DNA of 64,000 nt, taken from NCBI GenBank assembly GCA_043810695.1, contig JBDRNV010000009.1, positions 3,675 through 67,674 on the forward strand, read 5' to 3'. The position numbers and the translations under genes were made by a program. The notes under the pieces are model-generated. The model was not told where the DNA came from, did not search any database, and saw nothing but the letters and a program-made list of their open reading frames with translations. The first letter of the stretch is position 1; every line of letters begins with the position of its first letter. Shown one piece after another: positions 54,935 to 62,846 of this stretch. Source of the stretch: Nanobdellota archaeon. Its GTDB lineage: Archaea > Nanobdellota > Nanobdellia > Pacearchaeales > GW2011-AR1.

Positions 54935-54962
54935 TCGTCTAAGCGTAGCCTAGTTAAAGAAA
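54935..54962. repeat. 28-nt element, copy B (tcgtctaagcgtagcctagttaaagaaa), 3 nt after the rpl11 stop
   Basis: Matches copy A at 24 of 28 positions. The hairpin becomes CTA-agcg-TAG, a compensatory C:G to T:A change. Confidence 0.6.
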
Positions 54963-55019
54963 TAATTTTAATTACTAAAATAAACATAAGTTTATATACC
55001 ATAATACCCTTTATAGGGT

Positions 55020-55184
55020 ATGAAAAAAAAGAAGTTTTTTATTGAATGTGAATGCAGTGCAAAAATAGTTGGATTTTCTGAACATCATGTTAAACAAAAT
55101 TTAATAATTCATAAGAGGACGTCACAAAAACATAAGGAATTATTAAAACTAAAAAAGAAATGGCTGAAAATTGCCAAGAGATAA
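55020..55184 (+). CDS. possible small basic protein (54 aa)
   Basis: Hand translation: MKKKKFFIECECSAKIVGFSEHHVKQNLIIHKRTSQKHKELLKLKKKWLKIAKR. The ATG overlaps the palindrome ATACCCTttatAGGGTAT. There is no supporting homology. Confidence 0.3.
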   Translation: MKKKKFFIECECSAKIVGFSEHHVKQNLIIHKRTSQKHKELLKLKKKWLKIAKR

Positions 55185-55193
55185 ATAAGGAAG

Positions 55194-55202
55194 TTTTATT
55201 AA
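55194..55202 (+). promoter_or_regulatory. TATA-like box (ttttattaa) about 29 nt upstream of tRNA-Pro position 1
   Basis: The spacing implies a very short 5' leader or none. Confidence 0.35.
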
Positions 55203-55226
55203 TGGTAAAATGTCAATTAAATTTGA

Positions 55227-55299
55227 GGGGTAGTCGGCTAGCCTGGTAGGCTTTCAGGTTTGGGACCTGACGACGGAGGTTCAAATCCTCCCTACCCCA
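55227..55299 (+). tRNA. tRNA-Pro(UGG)
   Basis: Hand-folded. Acceptor GGGGTAG/CTACCCC, anticodon arm TCAGG-TTTGGGA-CCTGA, T arm GGAGG-TTCAAAT-CCTCC, discriminator A. Confidence 0.88.
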
Positions 55300-55307
55300 T
55301 TTCTTAA

Positions 55308-55961
55308 ATGAATAAAAGAGATTTATTAATAAAATTACATGCTTATATTTCCTCTGACGGTATAATAGATACATGGAAATCAAAAGATATTCATGGAAAG
55401 AAATTAAGAATACGAAAAAGATTAAGAGTCAGATTTTACAGTAATGAAAAAACCTTAATCGATGATTTTATTGAATCTGTCATAAAAATTTATCATGATA
55501 AAAAATACATAAGATATTCTGAAAAAAGGATGGAAGTAGAAGTTAGAGGACAAATAATTTCTAAAAAAATATTAGAACTGGGTAATATTAGCACAACATC
55601 TTGGGAAATGCCAAAAAATCTTTCAAATAAACAAAAAAGAATTTGGATAAGAGCCTTTGCAGATTGTGATGGAACAATTGGTTACTACAAATATAACAAA
55701 TATGTAGCAATTGATTCTATAAATTTAAAGGGATTGACACAAATTTCTCATATTTTAACTAAATTTGGAATTTTTAATAGAATACAAAACGTTAAGTATA
55801 AAGGAAAAATTTCTTATAGATTAAAGGTATCTAGAAAAGAAAACTTAATTAGATACAATAGACTGATTGGATTTAATCACCCTTATAAACAAGAAAAACT
55901 CATCAAAGTTATAAATTCATATAAACAGAACACTTTAAAAACCAAATTTCTAATTAAATAA
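55308..55961 (+). CDS. free-standing double-motif LAGLIDADG homing-endonuclease-like protein
   Basis: LHAYISSDGII and WIRAFADCDGTIG motifs about 100 aa apart. The ATG is only 8 nt after the tRNA-Pro 3' end. Confidence 0.7.
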   Translation: MNKRDLLIKLHAYISSDGIIDTWKSKDIHGKKLRIRKRLRVRFYSNEKTLIDDFIESVIKIYHDKKYIRYSEKRMEVEVRGQIISKKILELGNISTTSWEMPKNLSNKQKRIWIRAFADCDGTIGYYKYNKYVAIDSINLKGLTQISHILTKFGIFNRIQNVKYKGKISYRLKVSRKENLIRYNRLIGFNHPYKQEKLIKVINSYKQNTLKTKFLIK

Positions 55962-55967
55962 TATAAA

Positions 55968-56186
55968 ATGACATCAAAACTAAAAAAATCAAAATCAGCA
56001 GGACGTTTTGGAGCAAGATACGGAAAAAGAATAAGGGCAGGTTTGGTTGCAGTTGAATCAAAGCAAAGAATAAAACAAAAATGTCCTTTTTGCAAAAAAC
56101 TAGGAGTTAAACGAATTTCAAAAGGAATATGGTACTGCAAAAAATGTGGCAAAAAATTTGCTTCAGATACTTATTATTTAGGATAA
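55968..56186 (+). CDS. rpl37ae: ribosomal protein eL43 (L37Ae)
   Basis: GRFGARYGKRIR and the zinc ribbon CPFC...CKKCG. Confidence 0.92.
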   Translation: MTSKLKKSKSAGRFGARYGKRIRAGLVAVESKQRIKQKCPFCKKLGVKRISKGIWYCKKCGKKFASDTYYLG

Positions 56187-56312
56187 ATTTAATAATAGAA
56201 AATGTTAAATAAAGACAAGTTGTTAAATATAGAACGAATTAATAATGGTAGTACCTCGGTAATATCAAAAATTATGTTAAGGTTATAAAATAATAAATAT
56301 AAATTCACAATC

Positions 56313-56450
56313 ATGCCAACATATAAATGCTTTAAATGCGAGAGAAAAATTCAGAATACAAATCTCGAAAAAAGATTTGTGTGCCCTTATTGCGGCGGAA
56401 AAATTTTTTATAAGCCAAGAACGAAAATAAAGAAAATTAAGGCATTATAG
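56313..56450 (+). CDS. rpoP: RNA polymerase subunit Rpo12 (RpoP), 45 aa, below the ORF-track cut-off
   Basis: Hand translation: MPTYKCFKCERKIQNTNLEKRFVCPYCGGKIFYKPRTKIKKIKAL. It has a CxxC...CxxC zinc ribbon and sits in the conserved L37Ae-RpoP-prefoldin beta neighbourhood. Confidence 0.8.
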   Translation: MPTYKCFKCERKIQNTNLEKRFVCPYCGGKIFYKPRTKIKKIKAL

Positions 56451-56469
56451 TTCCGCTATTTTTCTTAAA

Positions 56470-56805
56470 ATGAAAAACAAAGAAGAATCATCACCAAAAC
56501 AGCATGAGAAAGAACAGAAAATTCAGGAAATGCAGATTCTTGAGCAAAATCTTCAGAATCTTCTTCTTCAAAAGCAAGCCTTTCAGATGGAAATTTCAGA
56601 AGTCAAAGCCGCAAAAAAAGAAATAGAAAAATCAGACGATATTTTTAAGATTATAGGGCAGTTGATGATAAGAACAGATAAGGAAAAGACAAGTCAAGAG
56701 CTGTTAAATAAAGAAAAACTTCTTGATATTAGGCTAAAATCAATAGAAAAACAGGAAGCTTTGTTGTCTGAACGAGTTGAAAATCTTAAAAAAGAAATTT
56801 TTTAA
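56470..56805 (+). CDS. pfdB: prefoldin beta subunit
   Basis: Coiled coil - beta hairpin (IFKIIGQLMIRTDKEK) - coiled coil. Neighbourhood fits. Confidence 0.85.
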   Translation: MKNKEESSPKQHEKEQKIQEMQILEQNLQNLLLQKQAFQMEISEVKAAKKEIEKSDDIFKIIGQLMIRTDKEKTSQELLNKEKLLDIRLKSIEKQEALLSERVENLKKEIF

Positions 56806-56877
56806 ATTTTTATTAAGTAATAGATATATGTAGAAGACTTACGAAATCTTTATAAATATCCACAAGTTAAAATTATT

Positions 56878-57270
56878 ATGATTTTTGATAAAATAAAAAA
56901 AGCATTTTCAACAAAAGGGGGAAGCGAATTCAATGACGAATATCTTGAAATCGATCTTGGTAAGGAAGAGCATGAAAGCAAGGTTTTTGTCAAGCTTTTT
57001 GTATTAAAAGAATACGATGATGTTAATGATATTTTAAGTGCTTTGAGAGAAGGTTATACTATTGCAATTATTGATATAAAAACTCTTAGACAGAAAGATT
57101 CCATTGAACTTAAAAGAGCTGTTTCAAAAATAAAAAAGACAGTTGATGCTCTTGAAGGCACTATCGCAGGTTTTGGAGAAAATACAGTAATAGCAACCCC
57201 TTCTTTTGCTAAAATCCATAGGGAACCACCAAAGGTAAAAGAAGAAAAAAAGAAGTTTGATTATTATTGA
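56878..57270 (+). CDS. sepF: archaeal SepF-like cell division protein (DUF552)
   Basis: Short N-terminal amphipathic segment (MIFDKIKKAF), then VFVKLFVLKEYDDVNDILSALREGYTIAIIDI and GTIAGFGENTVIATP. Confidence 0.75.
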   Translation: MIFDKIKKAFSTKGGSEFNDEYLEIDLGKEEHESKVFVKLFVLKEYDDVNDILSALREGYTIAIIDIKTLRQKDSIELKRAVSKIKKTVDALEGTIAGFGENTVIATPSFAKIHREPPKVKEEKKKFDYY

Positions 57271-57337
57271 TTGGTTTTTGTAATTTTTCTACTCTTTTGA
57301 TTAACTTAAATGTCTATTAATTCTAAACTGCTTCATT

Positions 57338-57481
57338 CTATTAATATAAATATAATATGCGGTTTGTTATCCTATTAATATACTCCCTTACTATTATATA
57401 TCACACATTATTAATTAACATCCCCTATTAATATAATTTAAGGGCTAATACATTTAAATTTAATTTCATCCTATTAATATA
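57338..57481. repeat. four exact copies of CTATTAATATA (core palindrome TATTAATA) at 57338, 57372, 57425 and 57471, plus degenerate copies at 57313 and 57391
   Basis: Read directly. All lie in the 241-bp gap between two convergent gene ends. Confidence 0.8.
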
Positions 57482-57511
57482 TTAATAAGTTACTAAATAC
57501 CTCTAAAACTG

Positions 57512-57898
57512 CTAAATCTTAGCAATTGAGAAAACTGTTTTTAATGCAACTATTATTGTTGCAGGAACAAACAAAGCAAGAAGAGCTCCGAACACAGACG
57601 CAGCTGCATCTCCTATTCCTACCCCTATTAAACTTCCACGAACACCTTGCATCCCAAAACTGCTTACAATAACAAGTATAGCTCCTGTCCATAAAAAAGT
57701 CTGGGAATCTTTTCCAGGAACCCAAACAAATCCTATAACAATTCCTAAAACAACTAATATTCCATATATCTGTGCACTATATTTAACAATATTTGGAAGA
57801 GATAAAATTGTAGTTGAAAGTCCTATAAGAACAGCAAGAATAACTCCTATTAAAAATGCCCATGCACCTATAGAATTCTCCTTAGCTATTATTGCCAT
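57512..57898 (-). CDS. hypothetical membrane protein (128 aa, about 4 TM)
   Basis: Gly/Ala/Ile-rich TM segments; no family recognised. Confidence 0.55.
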   Translation of the reverse strand: MAIIAKENSIGAWAFLIGVILAVLIGLSTTILSLPNIVKYSAQIYGILVVLGIVIGFVWVPGKDSQTFLWTGAILVIVSSFGMQGVRGSLIGVGIGDAAASVFGALLALFVPATIIVALKTVFSIAKI

Positions 57899-58059
57899 CT
57901 CTTTTATTGCAACTTTTTTGTTTTATTACAAATAAGATGAATATTTCTAATTATATAAATTTTCTTATTTAAGATAATATTTGAATTTTTAGAAAATTTC
58001 TGCTTCAAAAATATATATTTCAAATAACAGAAATCTTTATATACCATAGTAACTGAAAA

Positions 58060-59916
58060 ATGATTACAGAAAAAATGAGAAATAAGTTACTAAGTCTGTT
58101 TGCATTCAGTATTTTTGCACTTGTATTTGTAATGAGTGCTGTCAGTGCTGTGACATTAGCTGAATGGCCATTGACTAGTGATGGAAGTCCAGTAAGTGTT
58201 GTTACTAATTTAACTGCTGGAACATTTACAAATAGTTCTGGTATTTCTCAAGTTACATTTAGTGCAGTTAATGGAGCAACATCTAGCGAATGGTCAACTG
58301 ATACTATAAATAATAGTGAATATTTTGAAGTAATAATTTCCCCACAAACAGGAAATAACTTATTAATTTCACAAATAAGTTTTAATTATAGTAGATCAGA
58401 TACAGGCCCTGTAAATTATACTTTTCAATGGGATGATAATGCTGCTTTTAGTTCACCAATTACAATTTCAACAGGCAATCCAAATAATATAACAGAACAG
58501 ACAGCCACATCTTCTTTAAGCATTAGTGCTTCTGCTAGTAAAACTATTTATCTAAGATGGTTTGCTTATAATGCAGGAAGTTCTTTAGGAACATTTAGGG
58601 TTAAATCTTTAAATATTCAAGGAACAGTTACGCCAATAATAACACCCATAACAGAACCATCAGAAATAACAGCATGTTCTGCTATTGGAAATCCAGGAGA
58701 GCTCAAAGTTAAGAAAATAGATTTCAAAAATAATGGATTATCTTCAGGCGTAAAGTTTGGTGATGATAATGAATGGTTTCCTTTTGAAGAACTTGAAGTT
58801 GAAATTCAGCTAAAGAATGAGGGAAATGATAATATTGATGACATATCTGTTGAATGGGGAATCTGGGATATTAAAGCACAAAATTGGATTATTGATCTTG
58901 ATGAAGAAGATGAAATTAATATTAAGGATGGAGATACTGAAACAATTACAGCTACTTTTACTATTGATGATGATTTAGATGTTGATTTAGAAGACTTAAC
59001 AGATGGAGAGAATTATAGGTTTTATGTTGTAGCAACAGGAACAGTTGATAATGATACATCTCCTGAAACATGTATAAGCGATTATGAAAAATCATCAATA
59101 ATTATAGAAAGTGATTTTGTGATTGTTGATAATATTCAAATGCCAGAAACAGTACGATGCGGAGAAACTGTTACAGTAACAGCAGATGTTTGGAATATAG
59201 GAGACAGAGATCAAGACGAAGTTTCAGTACGTATAACTAATAAAGAATTAAATTTAGCAGAAAATGTAATTGTAGGGGATATAAATGCATTTGATAATGA
59301 AAGAATTTCATTTTCATTTACAATACCAAAAGATGCAGAAGAGAAAACCTATCCCTATCCAATAATGTTTAAGGTTTATGATGAAGATGGTGATGTTTAT
59401 GTAAATGATTTTGATGATGACTATTCAGAATTTGCCTTTCCATTAAGTATTGAAGGAAGTTGCACAGGAACATCTTCATCTGTTACAGTCACTGCTAATC
59501 TTGTTTCAGGAGGAAAAGCAGGAGAAGATTTGGTAGTTAAAGCTATCATAACAAATTCAGGAACTAGCTTGGCAACATATTCAATAAGTGCATCAGGATA
59601 TGGACAATGGGCTTCTTCATATGATGTAGAACCTAAAACACTGGCTTTGGCAGCAGGACAATTAGGAGAAGTTTTATTCACCTTTAATGTTAACAAAGAT
59701 GCTTCTGGAGAACAAACTTTCATGATAGAAATTGTTTCAGGAGATGAAATCACAACTCAGCCTGTTTCAATTCTAATAGAACCAAGCGGCAGTCTCTTTG
59801 GAATAACAGGCTTTTCAATAGCTGGAAACACAGGCTTATGGGCTCTTGGATTTTTGAATATAATCCTTGTATTAATAATAATTTTTGTTGCTATAAGAAT
59901 AACAAGAAAAAAATAA
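58060..59916 (+). CDS. secreted cell-surface protein with CARDB-like repeats and a C-terminal sorting-type signal
   Basis: Signal peptide (LFAFSIFALVFVMSAVSAVT) and many NxS/T sequons. CARDB-like segments include VTVTADVWNIGDRDQDEVSV and LVVKAIITNSGTSLATYSI. The C-terminus GITGFSIAGNTGLWALGFLNIILVLIIIFVAIRITRKK combines a motif, a TM helix and a basic tail. Confidence 0.75.
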   Translation: MITEKMRNKLLSLFAFSIFALVFVMSAVSAVTLAEWPLTSDGSPVSVVTNLTAGTFTNSSGISQVTFSAVNGATSSEWSTDTINNSEYFEVIISPQTGNNLLISQISFNYSRSDTGPVNYTFQWDDNAAFSSPITISTGNPNNITEQTATSSLSISASASKTIYLRWFAYNAGSSLGTFRVKSLNIQGTVTPIITPITEPSEITACSAIGNPGELKVKKIDFKNNGLSSGVKFGDDNEWFPFEELEVEIQLKNEGNDNIDDISVEWGIWDIKAQNWIIDLDEEDEINIKDGDTETITATFTIDDDLDVDLEDLTDGENYRFYVVATGTVDNDTSPETCISDYEKSSIIIESDFVIVDNIQMPETVRCGETVTVTADVWNIGDRDQDEVSVRITNKELNLAENVIVGDINAFDNERISFSFTIPKDAEEKTYPYPIMFKVYDEDGDVYVNDFDDDYSEFAFPLSIEGSCTGTSSSVTVTANLVSGGKAGEDLVVKAIITNSGTSLATYSISASGYGQWASSYDVEPKTLALAAGQLGEVLFTFNVNKDASGEQTFMIEIVSGDEITTQPVSILIEPSGSLFGITGFSIAGNTGLWALGFLNIILVLIIIFVAIRITRKK

Positions 59917-59928
59917 TTTTAAATTAAA

Positions 59929-60195
59929 ATGGCATTTCCAATTGAAAAAATATTAACTGTTAGGGCAAGAGATTATATTGAAACTAAAGGTGGGAAACTT
60001 TATGAGATGGTTGGTGTTCATGTTGAATTAGGATATAGTGAACCTAGTTTATTAAAAGCTTTTTCTGAGAAAGTTCCAAAAAATGCAGAGATTGTTGTAG
60101 ATTATAACCCAAATGGAACAGACGCTTCTAGTGCGACATTCTTTCGTATGGCATCTGGAACAGCACTAATTCGTATAAAAGATAAAGATGCGTAA
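59929..60195 (+). CDS. hypothetical small protein (88 aa)
   Basis: ORF only. Lies between the surface protein and the archaeosortase-like gene. Confidence 0.45.
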   Translation: MAFPIEKILTVRARDYIETKGGKLYEMVGVHVELGYSEPSLLKAFSEKVPKNAEIVVDYNPNGTDASSATFFRMASGTALIRIKDKDA

Positions 60196-60229
60196 ATAGT
60201 TATTTAAATCTCTTTTTCTATAATCTTTT

Positions 60230-60772
60230 ATGAGAAATAAAAGAGGAGATAGTCTTTGGAATGTAATAATAAGATATCTTATTCTGATTGCTGTTGCTAT
60301 TCCAAATCTATTCTTGTTTTATATTATATTTAACCCCTTGACTGTCTTGCCTGTTTATTTCCTTTTAGGACTTTTTTTTGATGCTTCTCTTTTATCAAGT
60401 TCAATTATTCTTCTAAATGGTTTTTTTCCAATAGAACTCATAGAAGCATGCATTGCAAGTTCTGCATATTATCTTCTTCTTATTCTTAATCTAGCAACAC
60501 CGGGTTTAAAATTAAAAACCAGGATTTATTCTATTCTTTTTTCATTTGCTGTTTTTCTTGTTATAAATATCTTAAGAATTTTTATATTAAGCCTTGTTGC
60601 AATTTCAGGTTCTCCTGTTTTTGATATAACTCATAAGGTATTCTGGTATCTTGTAAGCACTTTGTTTGTAGTTGGAATATGGTTTGCAGAAATAAAACTT
60701 TTCAAAATAAAAGAGATCCCTATTTATTCTGACTTAAAGAATTTATATGATAAATCTAGTTTAAGAAAGTGA
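60230..60772 (+). CDS. small exosortase/archaeosortase-family protein
   Basis: Polytopic 180-aa protein with the family Cys/Arg/His landmarks in order: IEACIASSAYY, FLVINILRIFIL (NxxR), DITHKVFWYL. Confidence 0.65.
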   Translation: MRNKRGDSLWNVIIRYLILIAVAIPNLFLFYIIFNPLTVLPVYFLLGLFFDASLLSSSIILLNGFFPIELIEACIASSAYYLLLILNLATPGLKLKTRIYSILFSFAVFLVINILRIFILSLVAISGSPVFDITHKVFWYLVSTLFVVGIWFAEIKLFKIKEIPIYSDLKNLYDKSSLRK

Positions 60773-60884
60773 ATATAATTAATCAAAAAAAGGATTATTA
60801 ATAAGAATGAGCAACCTTAATAAATATCTTAAGAATAAGAGATTATATTAAAAATAAACCTACATGTCAAAGTAAATAAAAAAT

Positions 60885-61496
60885 ATGTTCGAATTAATTA
60901 ACCAGGCTATAGATGCTCTTCTTTTAATTATAAAAAATTTTGGTTATATTGGAATTTTTATAGGAATGGCTATTGAAAGTTCTATTTTTCCTCTTCCAAG
61001 CGAGTTAATATTAATTCCAGCAGGAGCCCTGGTTATAAAAGGAGAAATGAACTTTTTTTTGGTTTTTGTTGCAGGACTTTTAGGAAGTCTTATAGGAGCT
61101 GTAATAAATTATTTTTTAGCCTTTTTTTTGGGCAGAAAAACCCTTGATTTTCTCGTCTATAAATACGGCAAATTCTTTTTTATAGGAAAAACCCAGCTTG
61201 AAAAAACAGAAGGTTATTTCAAAAAGCATGGAGAAATAACAACATTTATAGGAAGACTTTTACCAGTAGTAAGACATCTTATTTCACTTCCAGCAGGCTT
61301 TGCAAAAATGAACCTTGGAAAATTTTCATTATTTACCTTATTAGGAGCAGGAATATGGACATTTATTTTAATTATTATAGGAATGTTTTTCGGTGGAAGT
61401 GCAGAACCGATTCTTAAATGGATAACAGCTATTATTTTGTTTGTTTTACTTTTGATAGTTGTTGTATACTATACGCTTAAAATAAAATCAAAATAA
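60885..61496 (+). CDS. DedA-family membrane protein
   Basis: GYIGIFIGMAIESSIFPLPSELILIPAG and FIGRLLPVVRHLISLPAG. Confidence 0.85.
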   Translation: MFELINQAIDALLLIIKNFGYIGIFIGMAIESSIFPLPSELILIPAGALVIKGEMNFFLVFVAGLLGSLIGAVINYFLAFFLGRKTLDFLVYKYGKFFFIGKTQLEKTEGYFKKHGEITTFIGRLLPVVRHLISLPAGFAKMNLGKFSLFTLLGAGIWTFILIIIGMFFGGSAEPILKWITAIILFVLLLIVVVYYTLKIKSK

Positions 61497-61516
61497 AAAC
61501 TATTAATTGAAGATTT

Positions 61517-62257
61517 TCAGAGTTGTTTGTTTATTTCCTGAAAAGTTTCAATCATGAACCTTTCTGTTCCTTCAAGTATTTCACAGTCTTTGATGTTTAT
61601 ATTGTAGCATGCAGGACCAACTTTTTCTATGCTTGTTTCATTGGATTCCTGCAATTTCACAAACATATACCTTCCATCTGGATCACAGGTTGCATTTTCA
61701 TCTTTTATTACATTAATTCTTGTAATTTTATAGAGCTGTAAAAGATTTGCTACAGCAATAATCCCCTTACCATTACAATTAAAATCAGATGTACTGTTAA
61801 GAACCATTATATCTCGAAATACAAGTCGTCCTTCAAACTTCACATTTTCTGCAAGTTTTCTTGGATCATTTCTTAAATAAAAATTATATGTTGTATTTTC
61901 TCTTTTATAAAGAACAGGAATTTGCATATTATAAGTTACTAAACATGGTCCAGAGTCACAAAATTTTACAACCTTAACTGCCATCCCCTGATATTCAAAA
62001 TTATTTCCTAAATTAATTATAAAAATAATAAGAAATATTAACATTATAATACTCCCCATTCCTATAAGAAAATTCTTTAAAATTTTATATTGGTTTTTAG
62101 TAGATTCTTCTTTTGTTAGTTGGACATTTCCTTTTTCTTCCTGAACGTCTTCCTTTTTTTCTTTAACACGTCCAAGCTTGGACGTGTTTTCTTTTTTTAT
62201 TTCAGGAATTATCTCTGTCTTTTTATTCTCTTCTTTCTTTCTTTTTTTTATTGCCAT
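61517..62257 (-). CDS. hypothetical N-terminally anchored extracytoplasmic protein (246 aa)
   Basis: K/E-rich N-terminus, a single TM (FLIGMGSIIMLIFLIIFIINL) and a Cys-containing C-terminal domain. Confidence 0.55.
   Translation of the reverse strand: MAIKKRKKEENKKTEIIPEIKKENTSKLGRVKEKKEDVQEEKGNVQLTKEESTKNQYKILKNFLIGMGSIIMLIFLIIFIINLGNNFEYQGMAVKVVKFCDSGPCLVTYNMQIPVLYKRENTTYNFYLRNDPRKLAENVKFEGRLVFRDIMVLNSTSDFNCNGKGIIAVANLLQLYKITRINVIKDENATCDPDGRYMFVKLQESNETSIEKVGPACYNINIKDCEILEGTERFMIETFQEINKQL
62165..62188. repeat. perfect 24-bp palindrome AACACGTCCAAG|CTTGGACGTGTT inside the 61517..62257 CDS
   Basis: Read directly. Encodes ENTSKLGRVKE on the minus strand. Confidence 0.85.
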
Positions 62258-62276
62258 ATTAAATTTATTATTCTAT

Positions 62277-62846
62277 TTATTCTTTTATTTTTAAAATCTT
62301 GAATAAAAACTGATCAACCAGTTTTACAATCTCATCTTTTGTTCCCTCAATGTAAACACAGTTATTTTCTTGAGTAATCCTTGAATTATTAGTTTCTTTT
62401 ATTATTATAAAGTTATCTGTGCAGGTTTTTATGGGTGAATCTCCAGGACATTCAAGTCCTTCAAGACATGCTGGCTGAACTCTTTCTGCAATTTGTCTAA
62501 GGTTTAAATAAACCTCTATTTCTGCATCTTTATTTTCAGAGTAAATATACAAAGGTAATCCTTGATAATATGTTGCATCTTTTAAGTCTGTTCCGATTTC
62601 AGGCACCTGATTTGGATTATATTTAAACGCAAAATTTCCAATAGCCCATAACTCATTTATATATGAAAATTCAAATCCATTGTAAGTTAATTTATCTGTT
62701 TCTTCATTTCCAGAACCATCAGAACCACCCTGTAACGCAAATCCTAAAACACTTAAAACCATTAAAACGACAAGAATAATTCCCACTATTATTTGATTTC
62801 TTTTCCTTTTTTCTTCTTCATCATGTTTTGAAATAAGTCTTTGCAT
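62277..62846 (-). CDS. hypothetical N-terminally anchored extracytoplasmic protein (189 aa), distant paralog of the upstream gene
   Basis: Same architecture. The C-terminal patterns are similar: KTCTDNFIIIKETNNSRITQENNCVYIEGT versus ATCDPDGRYMFVKLQESNETSIEKVGPACYNINIKDCEILEGT. Confidence 0.55.
   Translation of the reverse strand: MQRLISKHDEEEKRKRNQIIVGIILVVLMVLSVLGFALQGGSDGSGNEETDKLTYNGFEFSYINELWAIGNFAFKYNPNQVPEIGTDLKDATYYQGLPLYIYSENKDAEIEVYLNLRQIAERVQPACLEGLECPGDSPIKTCTDNFIIIKETNNSRITQENNCVYIEGTKDEIVKLVDQFLFKILKIKE

Noticed and set aside
57313-57481. CRISPR array or replication origin as an explanation for the CTATTAATATA boxes
   Set aside because: The repeats are only 11 nt with irregular 34-53 bp spacing and no cas genes, so this is not CRISPR. 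I saw no orc1/cdc6 gene and no ORB-like G-string elements nearby, so I do not call an origin. The boxes are reported only as an unexplained repeat array.
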